A stretch of DNA of 64,000 bases, taken from assembly GCA_040954595.2 (NCBI GenBank), contig CM082595.2:4800137-4864136 (forward strand). Direction: 5' to 3'. Shown here in pieces: positions 39,001 to 51,000 of this stretch (the stretch's first letter is position 1; each line of letters starts with the position of its first letter). A model generated the notes under the pieces. The model saw nothing but the letters and a program-made list of their open reading frames with translations, was not told the origin of the DNA and did no database searches. Position numbers and translations under genes: made by a program. The DNA comes from Balanoglossus misakiensis. Its lineage: Eukaryota; Animalia; Hemichordata.

Positions 39001-42000
39001 GGCTGGGACAGTAGTCGTTTCACCTACAGTTGTGACTTGGGTTGATGGAGCATCAGTGGTTTCAGCGACTGTTGTTGTGGCTGCAGTAGAAAACCCTGTT
39101 GTGGCTGGGACAGTAGTCGTTTGATCTACAGTTGTGTCTTGTGTTGATGGACCATCAGTGGTTTCAGCGACTGTTGTTGTGGCTCCAGTAGAAAATCCTG
39201 TAGTGGCTGGGACAGTAGTCGTTTCACCTACAGTTGTGTCTTGCGTTGATGGAACATCAGTGGTTTCAGCGACTGTTGTTGTGGCTCCAGTAGAAAACCC
39301 TGTAGTGGCTGGGACAGTAGTCGTTGCACCTACAGTTGTGTCTTGGGTTGATGGAACATCAGTGGTCTCAGCGACTGTTGTTGTGGCTGCGGTAGAAAAC
39401 CCTGTAGTGGCTGGGACAGTAGTCGTTTCACCTACAGTTGTGTCTTGGGTTGATGGAGCATCAGTGGTCTCAGCGACTGTTGTTGTGGCTGCGGTAGAAA
39501 ACCCTGTAGTGGCTGGGACAGTAGTCGTTTCACCTACAGTTGAGTCTGCTACTGTGCTTGATACAAAATTTGTTGTTGGTTCCACGGTTGTACTTGCCAC
39601 TTGACTGGTAATGACTTGGGTTGATGGAACATCAGTGGTTTCAACGACTGTTGTTGTGGCTCCAGTAGAAAATCCTGTAGTGGCTGGGACAGTAGTCGTT
39701 TCACCTACAGTTGTGTCTTGGGTTGATGGAACATCCGTGGTTTCAGCGACTGTTGTTGTGGCTGCAGTAGAAAACCCTGTAGTGGCTGGAACAGTAGTCG
39801 TTTCACCTACAGTTGTGTCTGTGGTTGATGGAACATCAGTGGTTTCAGCGACTGTTGTTGTGGCTCCAGTAGAAAACCCTGTAGTGTCTGGGATAGTAGT
39901 CGTTTCACCTACAGTTGTGTCTTGGGTTGATGGACCATCAGTGGTTTCAGCGACTGTTGTTGTGGCTCCAGTAGAAAACCCTGTAGTGGCTGGGACAGTA
40001 GTCGTATGATCTACAGTTGTGTCTTGGGTTGATGGAACATCAGTGGTTTCAGCGACTGTTGTTGTGGCTCCAGTAGAAAATCCTGAAGTGCCTGGGACAG
40101 TAGTCGTTTCACCTACAGTTGTGTCTTGGGTTGATGGAACATCAGTGGTTTCAGCGACTGTTGTTGTGGCTCCAGTAGAAAACCCTGTAGTGGCTGGGAC
40201 AGTAGTCGTTTCACCTACAGTTGTGTCTTGGGTTGATGGAACATCAGTGGTTTCAGCGACTGTTGTTGTGGCTCCAGTAGACAATCCTGCAGTGGCTGGG
40301 ACAGTAGTCGTTTCACCTACAGTTGTGTCTTGGGTTGATGGAGAATCAGTGGTTTCAGCGACTGTTGTTGTGGCTCCAGTAGAAAACCCTGTAGTGGCTG
40401 GGACCGTAGTCGTTTCACCTACAGTTGTGTCTTGGGTTGATGGAGCATCAGTGGTTTCAGCGACTGTTGTTGTAGCTCCAGTAGAAAACCCTGTAGTGGC
40501 TGGGACAGTAGTCATTGCACCTACAGTTGTGTCTTGGGTTGATGGAGCATCAGTGGTTTCAGCGACTGATGTTGTGGCTGCAGTAGAAAACCCGGTAGTG
40601 GCTGGGACAGTAGTCGTTTCACCTACAGTTGTGTCTGCTACTGTGCTTGATACAAAATCTGTTGTTGGTTCCACGGTTGTACTTGCCACTTGACTGGTAG
40701 TGTCTTGGGTTGATGGAACATCAGTGGTTTCAGCGACTGTTGTTGTGGCTGCAGTAGAAAACCCTGTAGTGGCTGGGACAGTAGTCGTTGCACCTACAGT
40801 TGTGTCTTGGGTTGATGGAGCATCAGTGGTTTCAGCGACTGTTGTTGTGGCTGCAGTAGAAAACCCTGTAGTGGCTGGGACAGTAGTCGTAGCACCTACA
40901 GTTGTGTCTTGGGTTGATGGAGCATCAGTGGTTTCAGCGACTGTTGTTGTGGCTGCAGTAGAAAACCCTGTAGTGGCTGGGACAGTAGTCGTTTCACCTA
41001 CAGTTGTGTCTTGGGTTGATGGAGCATCAGTGGTTTCAGCGACTGTTGTTGTGGCTGCAGTAGAAAACCCTGTAGTGGCTGGGACAGTAGTCGTTGCACC
41101 TACAGTTGTGTCTTGGGTTGATGGAGCATCAGTTGTTTCAGCGACTGTTGTTGTGGCTGCAGTAGAAAACCCTGTAGTGGCTGGGACAGTAGTCGTTGCA
41201 CCTACAGTTGTGTCTTGGGTTGATGGAGCTTCAGTGGTTTCAGCGACTGTTGTTGTGGCTGCTGTAGAAAACCCTGTAGTGGCTGGGACAGTAGTCGTTG
41301 CACCTACAGTTGTGTCTTGGGTTGATGGAGCATCAGTGGTTTCAGCGACTGTTGTTGTGGCTGCTGTAGAAAACCCTGTAGTGGCTGGGACAGTAGTCGT
41401 TGCACCTACAGTTGTGTCTTGGGTTGATGGAGCATCAGTGGTTTCAGCGACTGTTGTTGTGGCTGCAGTAGAAAACCCTGTAGTGGCTGGGACAGTAGTC
41501 GTTGCACCTACAGTTGTTTCTTGGGTTGATGAAACATCAGTGGTTTCAGCGACTGTTGTTGTGGCTGCAGTAGAAAACCCTGTAATGGCTGGGACAGTAG
41601 TCGTTGCACCTACAGTTGTGTCTTGGGTTGATGGAGCATCAGTGGTTTCAGCGACTGTCGTTGTGGCTGCAGTAGAAAACCCTGTAGTGGCTGGGACAGT
41701 AGTCGTTTCACCTACAGTTGTGTCCTGGGTTGATGGAGCATCAGTGGTTTCAGCGACTGTCGTTGTGGCTGCAGAAGAAAACCCTGTAGTGGCTGGGACA
41801 GTAGTCGTTTCACCTACAGTTGTGTCTTGGGTTGATGGAGCATCAGTGGTTTCAGCGACTGTCGTTGTGGCTGCAGTAGAAAACCCTGTAGTGGCTGGGA
41901 CAGTAGTCGTTTCACCTACAGTTGTGTCTTGGGTTGATGGAGCATCAGTGGTTTCAGCGACTGTCGTTGTGGCTGCAATAGAAAACCCTGTAGTGGCTGG

Positions 42001-45000
42001 GACAGTAGTCGTTGCACCTACAGTTGTGTCTTGGGTTGATGGAGCATCAGTGGTTTCAGCGACTGTCGTTGTGGCTGCAGTAGAAAACCCTGTAGTGGCT
42101 GGGACAGTAGTCGTTGCACCTACAGTTGTGTCTTGGGTTGATGGAGCATCAGTGGTTTCAGCGACTGTCGTTGTGGCTGCAGTAGAAAACCCTGTAGTGG
42201 CTGGGACAGTAGTCGTTGCACCTACAGTTGTGTCTTGGGTTGATGGAGCATCAGTGGTTTCAGCGACTGTCGTTGTGGCTGCAGTAGAAAACCCTGTAGT
42301 GGCTGGGACAGTAGTCGTTGCACCTACAGTTGTGTCTTGGGTTGATGGAGCATCAGTGGTTTCAGCGACTGTTGTTGTGGCTCCAGTAGAATACCCTGTA
42401 GTGGCTGGGACAGTAGTCGTTGCACCTACAGTTGTGTCTCGGGTTGATGGAGCATCAGTGGTTTCAGCGACTGTCGTTGTGGCTGCAGTAGAAAACCCTG
42501 TAGTGGCTGGGACAGTAGTCGTTGCACCTACAGTTGTGTCTTGGGTTGATGGAGCATCAGTGGTTTCAGCGACTGTCGTTGTGGCTGCAGTAGAAAACCC
42601 TGTAGTGGCTGGGACAGTAGTCGTTGCACCTACAGTTGTGTCTTGGGTTGATGGAGCATCAGTGGTTTCAGCGACTGTCGTTGTGGCTGCAGTAGAAAAC
42701 CCTGTAGTGGCTGGGACAGTAGTCGTTGCACCTACAGTTGTGTCTTGGGTTGATGGAGCATCAGTGGTTTCAGCGACTGTCGTTGTGGCTGCAGTAGAAA
42801 ACCCTGTAGTGGCTGGGACAGTAGTCGTTGCACCTACAGTTGTGTCTTGGGTTGATGGAGCATCAGTGGTTTCAGCGACTGTCGTTGTGGCTGCAGTAGA
42901 AAACCCTGTAGTGGCTGGGACAGTAGTCGTCGCACCCACAGTTGTGTCTTGGGTTGATGGGGCATCAGTGGTTTCAGCGACTGTTGTTGTGGCTGCAGTA
43001 GAAAACCCTGTAGTGGCTGGGACAGTAGTCGTTTCACCTACAGTTGTGTCTTGGGTTGATGGAACATCAGTGGTCTCAGCGACTGTTGTTGTGGCTGCGG
43101 TAGAAAACCCTGTAGTGGCTGGGACAGTAGTCGTTTCACCTACAGTTGTGTCTTGGGTTGATGGAGCATCAGTGGTCTCAGCGACTGTTGTTGTGGCTGC
43201 GGTAGAAAACCCTGTAGTGGCTGGGACAGTAGTCGTTTCACCTACAGTTGAGTCTGCTACTGTGCTTGATACAAAATTTGTTGTTGGTTCCACGGTTGTA
43301 CTTGCCACTTGACTGGTAATGACTTGGGTTGATGGAACATCAGTGGTTTCAACGACTGTTGTTGTGGCTCCAGTAGAAAATCCTGTAGTGGCTGGGACAG
43401 TAGTCGTCGCACCCACAGTTGTGTCTTGGGTTGATGGGGCATCAGTGGTTTCAGCGACTGTTGTTGTGGCTCCAGTAGAAAACCCTGTAGTGGCTGGGAC
43501 AGTAGTCGTATGATCTACAGTTGTGTCTTGGGTTGATGGAACATCAGTGGTTTCAGCGACTGTTGTTGTGGCTCCAGTAGAAAATCCTGAAGTGCCTGGG
43601 ACAGTAGTCGTTTCACCTACAGTTGTGTCTTGGGTTGATGGAGCATCAGTGGTTTCAGCGACTGTCGTTGTGGCTGCAGTAGAAAACCCTGTAGTGGCTG
43701 GGACAGTAGTCGTTGCACCTACAGTTGTGTCTTGGGTTGATGGAGCATCAGTGGTTTCAGCGACTGTCGTTGTGGCTGCAGTAGAAAACCCTGTAGTGGC
43801 TGGGACAGTAGTCGTTGCACCTACAGTTGTGTCTTGGGTTGATGGAGCATCAGTGGTTTCAGCGACTGTCGTTGTGGCTGCAGTAGAAAACCCTGTAGTG
43901 GCTGGGACAGTAGTCGTCGCACCCACAGTTGTGTCTTGGGTTGATGGGGCATCAGTGGTTTCAGCGACTGTTGTTGTGGCTCCAGTAGAAAACCCTGTAG
44001 TGGCTGGGACAGTAGTCGTATGATCTACAGTTGTGTCTTGGGTTGATGGAACATCAGTGGTTTCAGCGACTGTTGTTGTGGCTCCAGTAGAAAATCCTGA
44101 AGTGCCTGGGACAGTAGTCGTTTCACCTACAGTTGTGTCTTGGGTTGATGGAACATCAGTGGTTTCAGCGACTGTTGTTGTGGCTCCAGTAGAAAACCCT
44201 GTAGTGGCTGGGACAGTAGTCGTTTCACCTACAGTTGTGTCTTGGGTTGATGGAACATCAGTGGTTTCAGCGACTGTTGTTGTGGCTCCAGTAGACAATC
44301 CTGCAGTGGCTTGGACAGTAGTCGTTTCACCTACAGTTGTGTCTTGGGTTGATGGAGAATCAGTGGTTTCAGCGACTGTTGTTGTGGCTCCAGTAGAAAA
44401 CCCTGTAGTGGCTGGGACCGTAGTCGTTTCACCTACAGTTGTGTCTTGGGTTGATGGAGCATCAGTGGTTTCAGCGACTGTTGTTGTAGCTCCAGTAGAA
44501 AACCCTGTAGTGGCTGGGACAGTAGTCATTGCACCTACAGTTGTGTCTTGGGTTGATGGAGCATCAGTGGTTTCAGCGACTGATGTTGTGGCTGCAGTAG
44601 AAAACCCGGTAGTGGCTGGGACAGTAGTCGTTTCACCTACAGTTGTGTCTGCTACTGTGCTTGATACAAAATCTGTTGTTGGTTCCACGGTTGTACTTGC
44701 CACTTGACTGGTAGTGTCTTGGGTTGATGGAACATCAGTGGTTTCAGCGACTGTTGTTGTGGCTGCAGTAGAAAACCCTGTAGTGGCTGGGACAGTAGTC
44801 GTTGCACCTACAGTTGTGTCTTGGGTTGATGGAGCATCAGTGGTTTCAGCGACTGTTGTTGTGGCTGCAGTAGAAAACCCTGTAGTGGCTGGGACAGTAG
44901 TCGTAGCACCTACAGTTGTGTCTTGGGTTGATGGAGCATCAGTGGTTTCAGCGACTGTTGTTGTGGCTGCAGTAGAAAACCCTGTAGTGGCTGGGACAGT

Positions 45001-48000
45001 AGTCGTTTCACCTACAGTTGTGTCTTGGGTTGATGGAGCATCAGTGGTTTCAGCGACTGTTGTTGTGGCTGCAGTAGAAAACCCTGTAGTGGCTGGGACA
45101 GTAGTCGTTGCACCTACAGTTGTGTCTTGGGTTGATGGAGCATCAGTTGTTTCAGCGACTGTTGTTGTGGCTGCAGTAGAAAACCCTGTAGTGGCTGGGA
45201 CAGTAGTCGTTGCACCTACAGTTGTGTCTTGGGTTGATGGAGCTTCAGTGGTTTCAGCGACTGTTGTTGTGGCTGCTGTAGAAAACCCTGTAGTGGCTGG
45301 GACAGTAGTCGTTGCACCTACAGTTGTGTCTTGGGTTGATGGAGCATCAGTGGTTTCAGCGACTGTTGTTGTGGCTGCTGTAGAAAACCCTGTAGTGGCT
45401 GGGACAGTAGTCGTTGCACCTACAGTTGTGTCTTGGGTTGATGGAGCATCAGTGGTTTCAGCGACTGTTGTTGTGGCTGCAGTAGAAAACCCTGTAGTGG
45501 CTGGGACAGTAGTCGTTGCACCTACAGTTGTTTCTTGGGTTGATGAAACATCAGTGGTTTCAGCGACTGTTGTTGTGGCTGCAGTAGAAAACCCTGTAAT
45601 GGCTGGGACAGTAGTCGTTGCACCTACAGTTGTGTCTTGGGTTGATGGAGCATCAGTGGTTTCAGCGACTGTCGTTGTGGCTGCAGTAGAAAACCCTGTA
45701 GTGGCTGGGACAGTAGTCGTTTCACCTACAGTTGTGTCCTGGGTTGATGGAGCATCAGTGGTTTCAGCGACTGTCGTTGTGGCTGCAGAAGAAAACCCTG
45801 TAGTGGCTGGGACAGTAGTCGTTTCACCTACAGTTGTGTCTTGGGTTGATGGAGCATCAGTGGTTTCAGCGACTGTCGTTGTGGCTGCAGTAGAAAACCC
45901 TGTAGTGGCTGGGACAGTAGTCGTTTCACCTACAGTTGTGTCTTGGGTTGATGGAGCATCAGTGGTTTCAGCGACTGTCGTTGTGGCTGCAATAGAAAAC
46001 CCTGTAGTGGCTGGGACAGTAGTCGTTGCACCTACAGTTGTGTCTTGGGTTGATGGAGCATCAGTGGTTTCAGCGACTGTCGTTGTGGCTGCAGTAGAAA
46101 ACCCTGTAGTGGCTGGGACAGTAGTCGTTGCACCTACAGTTGTGTCTTGGGTTGATGGAGCATCAGTGGTTTCAGCGACTGTCGTTGTGGCTGCAGTAGA
46201 AAACCCTGTAGTGGCTGGGACAGTAGTCGTTGCACCTACAGTTGTGTCTTGGGTTGATGGAGCATCAGTGGTTTCAGCGACTGTCGTTGTGGCTGCAGTA
46301 GAAAACCCTGTAGTGGCTGGGACAGTAGTCGTTGCACCTACAGTTGTGTCTTGGGTTGATGGAGCATCAGTGGTTTCAGCGACTGTTGTTGTGGCTCCAG
46401 TAGAATACCCTGTAGTGGCTGGGACAGTAGTCGTTGCACCTACAGTTGTGTCTCGGGTTGATGGAGCATCAGTGGTTTCAGCGACTGTCGTTGTGGCTGC
46501 AGTAGAAAACCCTGTAGTGGCTGGGACAGTAGTCGTTGCACCTACAGTTGTGTCTTGGGTTGATGGAGCATCAGTGGTTTCAGCGACTGTCGTTGTGGCT
46601 GCAGTAGAAAACCCTGTAGTGGCTGGGACAGTAGTCGTTGCACCTACAGTTGTGTCTTGGGTTGATGGAGCATCAGTGGTTTCAGCGACTGTCGTTGTGG
46701 CTGCAGTAGAAAACCCTGTAGTGGCTGGGACAGTAGTCGTTGCACCTACAGTTGTGTCTTGGGTTGATGGAGCATCAGTGGTTTCAGCGACTGTCGTTGT
46801 GGCTGCAGTAGAAAACCCTGTAGTGGCTGGGACAGTAGTCGTTGCACCTACAGTTGTGTCTTGGGTTGATGGAGCATCAGTGGTTTCAGCGACTGTCGTT
46901 GTGGCTGCAGTAGAAAACCCTGTAGTGGCTGGGACAGTAGTCGTCGCACCCACAGTTGTGTCTTGGGTTGATGGGGCATCAGTGGTTTCAGCGACTGTTG
47001 TTGTGGCTGCAGTAGAAAACCCTGTAGTGGCTGGGACAGTAGTCGTCGCACCTACAGTTGTGTCTTGGGTTGATGGGGCATCAGTGGTTTCAGCGACTGT
47101 TGTTGTGGCTGCAGTAGAAAACCCTGTAGTGGCTGGGACAGTAGTCGTCGCACCTACAGTTGTGTCTTGGGTTGATGGCGCATCAGTGGTTTCAGCGACT
47201 GTCGTTGTGGCTGCAGTAGAAAACCCTGTAGTGGCTGGGACAGTAGTCGTCGCACCTACAGTTGTGTCTTGGGTTGATGGGGCATCAGTGGTTTCAGCGA
47301 CTGTCGTTGTGGCTGCAGTAGAAAACCCTGTAGTGGCTGGGACAGTAGTCGTCGCACCTACAGTTGTGTCTTGGGTTGATGGGGCATCAGTGGTTTCAGC
47401 GACTGTCGTTGTGGCTGCAGTAGAAAACCCTGTAGTGGCTGGGACAGTAGTCGTCGCACCTACAGTTGTGTCTTGGGTTGATGGGGCATCAGTGGTTTCA
47501 GCGACTGTTGTTGTGGCTGCAGTAGAAAACCCTGTAGTGGCTGGGACAGTAGTCGTCGCACCTACAGTTGTGTCTTGGGTTGATGGCGCATCAGTGGTTT
47601 CAGCGACTGTCGTTGTGGCTGCAGTAGAAAACCCTGTAGTGGCTGGGACAGTAGTCGTCGCACCTACAGTTGTGTCTTGGGTTGATGGGGCATCAGTGGT
47701 TTCAGCGACTGTCGTTGTGGCTGCAGTAGAAAACCCTGTAGTGGCTGGGACAGTAGTCGTCGCACCTACAGTTGTGTCTTGGGTTGATGGGGCATCAGTG
47801 GTTTCAGCGACTGTCGTTGTGGCTGCAGTAGAAAACCCTGTAGTGGCTGGGACAGTAGTCGTCGCACCTACAGTTGTGTCTTGGGTTGATGGGGCATCAG
47901 TGGTTTCAGCGACTGTCGTTGTGGCTGCAGTAGAAAACCCTGTAGTGGCTGGGACAGTAGTCGTCGCACCTACAGTTGTGTCTTGGGTTGATGGGGCATC

Positions 48001-51000
48001 AGTGGTTTCAGCGACTGTCGTTGTGGCTGCAGTAGAAAACCCTGTAGTGGCTGGGACAGTAGTCGTCGCACCTACAGTTGTGTCTTGGGTTGATGGGGCA
48101 TCAGTGGTTTCAGCGACTGTTGTTGTGGCTGCAGTAGAAAACCCTGTAGTGGCTGGGACAGTAGTCGTCGCACCTACAGTTGTGTCTTGGGTTGATGGGG
48201 CATCAGTGGTTTCAGCGACTGTTGTTGTGGCTGCAGTAGAAAACCCTGTAGTGGCTGGGACAGTAGTCGTCGCACCTACAGTTGTGTCTTGGGTTGATGG
48301 GGCATCAGTGGTTTCAGCGACTGTTGTTGTGGCTGCAGTAGAAAACCCTGTAGTGGCTGGGACAGTAGTCGTCGCACCTACAGTTGTGTCTTGGGTTGAT
48401 GGCGCATCAGTGGTTTCAGCGACTGTCGTTGTGGCTGCAGTAGAAAACCCTGTAGTGGCTGGGACAGTAGTCGTTTCACCTACAGTTGTGTCTTGGGTTG
48501 ATGGCGCATCAGTGGTTTCAGCGACTGTCGTTGTGGCTGCAGTAGAAAACCCTGTAGTGGCTGGGACAGTAGTCGTTGCACCTACAGTTGTGTCTTGGGT
48601 TGATGGAGCATCAGTGGTTTCAGCGACTGTCGTTGTGGCTGCTGTAGAAAACCCTGTAGTGGCTGGGACAGTAGTCGTTGCACCTACAGTTGTGTCTTGG
48701 GTTGATGGGGCATCAGTGGTTTCAGCGACTGTTGTTGTGGCTGCTGTAGAAAACCCTGTAGTGGCTGGGACAGTAGTCGTTGCACCTACAGTTGTGTCTT
48801 GGGTTGATGGGGCATCAGTGGTTTCAGCGACTGTTGTTGTGGCTGCAGTAGAAAACCCTGTAGTGGCTGGGACAGTAGTCGTCGCACCTACAGTTGTGTC
48901 TTGGGTTGATGGGGCATCAGTGGTTTCAGCGACTGTTGTTGTGGCTGCAGTAGAAAACCCTGTAGTTGCTGGGACAGTAGTCGTCGCACCTACAGTTGTG
49001 TCTTGGGTTGATGGGGCATCAGTGGTTTCAGCGACTGTTGTTGTGGCTGCAGTAGAAAACCCTGTAGTGGCTGGGACAGTAGTCGTCGCACCTACAGTTG
49101 TGTCTTGGGTTGATGGGGCATCAGTGGTTTCAGCGACTGTTGTTGTGGCTGCAGTAGAAAACCCTGTAGTGGCTGGGACAGTAGTCGTCGCACCTACAGT
49201 TGTGTCTTGGGTTGATGGGGCATCAGTGGTTTCAGCGACTGTTGTTGTGGCTGCAGTAGAAAACCCTGTAGTGGCTGGGACAGTAGTCGTCGCACCTACA
49301 GTTGTGTCTTGGGTTGATGGGGCATCAGTGGTTTCAGCGACTGTTGTTGTGGCTGCAGTAGAAAACCCTGTAGTGGCTGGGACAGTAGTCGTCGCACCTA
49401 CAGTTGTGTCTTGGGTTGATGGAGCATCAGTGGTTTCAGCGACTGTCGTTGTGGCTGCAGTAGAAAACCCTGTAGTGGCTGGGACAGTAGTCGTCGCACC
49501 TACAGTTGTGTCTCGGGTTGATGGAGCATCAGTGGTTTCAGCGACTGTCGTTGTGGCTGCAGTAGAAAACCCTGTAGTGGCTGGGACAGTAGTCGTTGCA
49601 CCTACAGTTGTGTCTCGGGTTGATGGAGCATCAGTGGTTTCAGCGACTGTCGTTGTGGCTGCAGTAGAAAACCCTGTAGTGGCTGGGACAGTAGTCGTTG
49701 CACCTACAGTTGTGTCTTGGGTTGATGGAGCATCAGTGGTTTCAGCGACTGTCGTTGTGGCTGCAGTAGAAAACCCTGTAGTGGCTGGGACAGTAGTCGT
49801 CGCACCTACAGTTGTGTCTTGGGTTGATGGGGCATCAGTGGTTTCAGCGACTGTTGTTGTGGCTGCAGTAGAAAACCCTGTAGTGGCTGGGACAGTAGTC
49901 GTCGCACCTACAGTTGTGTCTTGGGTTGATGGAGCATCAGTGGTTTCAGCGACTGTCGTTGTGGCTGCAGTAGAAAACCCTGTAGTGGCTGGGACAGTAG
50001 TCGTTGCACCTACAGTTGTGTCTCGGGTTGATGGAGCATCAGTGGTTTTAGCGACTGTCGTTGTGGCTGCAGTAGAAAACCCTGTAGTGGCTGGGACAGT
50101 AGTCGTTGCACCTACAGTTGTGTCTCGGGTTGATGGAGCATCAGTGGTTTCAGCGACTGTTGTTGTGGCTGCATTAGAAAACCCTGTAGTGGCTGGGACA
50201 GTAGTCGTTGCACCTACAGTTGTGTCTCGGGTTGATGGAGCATCAGTGGTTTCAGCGACTGTTGTTGTGGCTGCTGTAGAAAACCCTGTAGTGGCTGGGA
50301 CAGTAGTCGTTGCACCTACAGTTGTGTCTTGGGTTGATGGAGCATCAGTGGTTTCAGCGACTGTTGTTGTGGCTGCAGTAGAAAACCCTGTAGTGGCTGG
50401 GACAGTAGTCGTTGCACCTACAGTTGTGTCTTGGGTTGATGGAGCATCAGTGGTTTCAGCGACTGTTGTTGTGGCTGCAGTAGAAAACCCTGTAGTGGCT
50501 GGGACAGTAGTCGTTGCACCTACAGTTGTGTCTTGGGTTGATGGAGCATCAGTGGTTTCAGCGACTGTCGTTGTGGCTGCAGTAGAAAACCCTGTAGTGG
50601 CTGGGACAGTAGTCGTTGCACCTACAGTTGTGTCTCGGGTTGAGGGAGCATCAGTGGTTTCAGCGACTGTCGTTGTGGCTGCAGAAGAAAACCCTGTAGT
50701 GGCTGGGACAGTAGTCGTTGCACCTACAGTTGTGTCTTGGGTTGATGGCGCATCAGTGGTTTCAGCGACTGTCGTTGTGGCTGCAGTAGAAAACCCTGTA
50801 GTGGCTGGGACAGTAGTCGTTGCACCTACAGTTGTGTCTTGGGTTGATGGAGCATCAGTGGTTTCAGCGACTGTCGTTGTGGCTGCAGTAGAAAACCCTG
50901 TAGTGGCTGGGACAGTAGTCGTTGCACCTACAGTTGTGTCTCGGGTTGATGGAGCATCAGTGGTTTCAGCGACTGTCGTTGTGGCTGCAGTAGAAAACCC

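Noticed and set aside
46951-46953. Mucin start codon suggested by the ORF track
   Set aside because: It is an internal GTG (Val) variant in a repeat unit; the frame stays open upstream and there is no signal peptide.
37527-47051. Short Gln/Leu-rich minus-strand ORFs (e.g. MKRLLSQPLQ...)
   Set aside because: Alternative-frame translations of array B created by single variants that remove a TAG.
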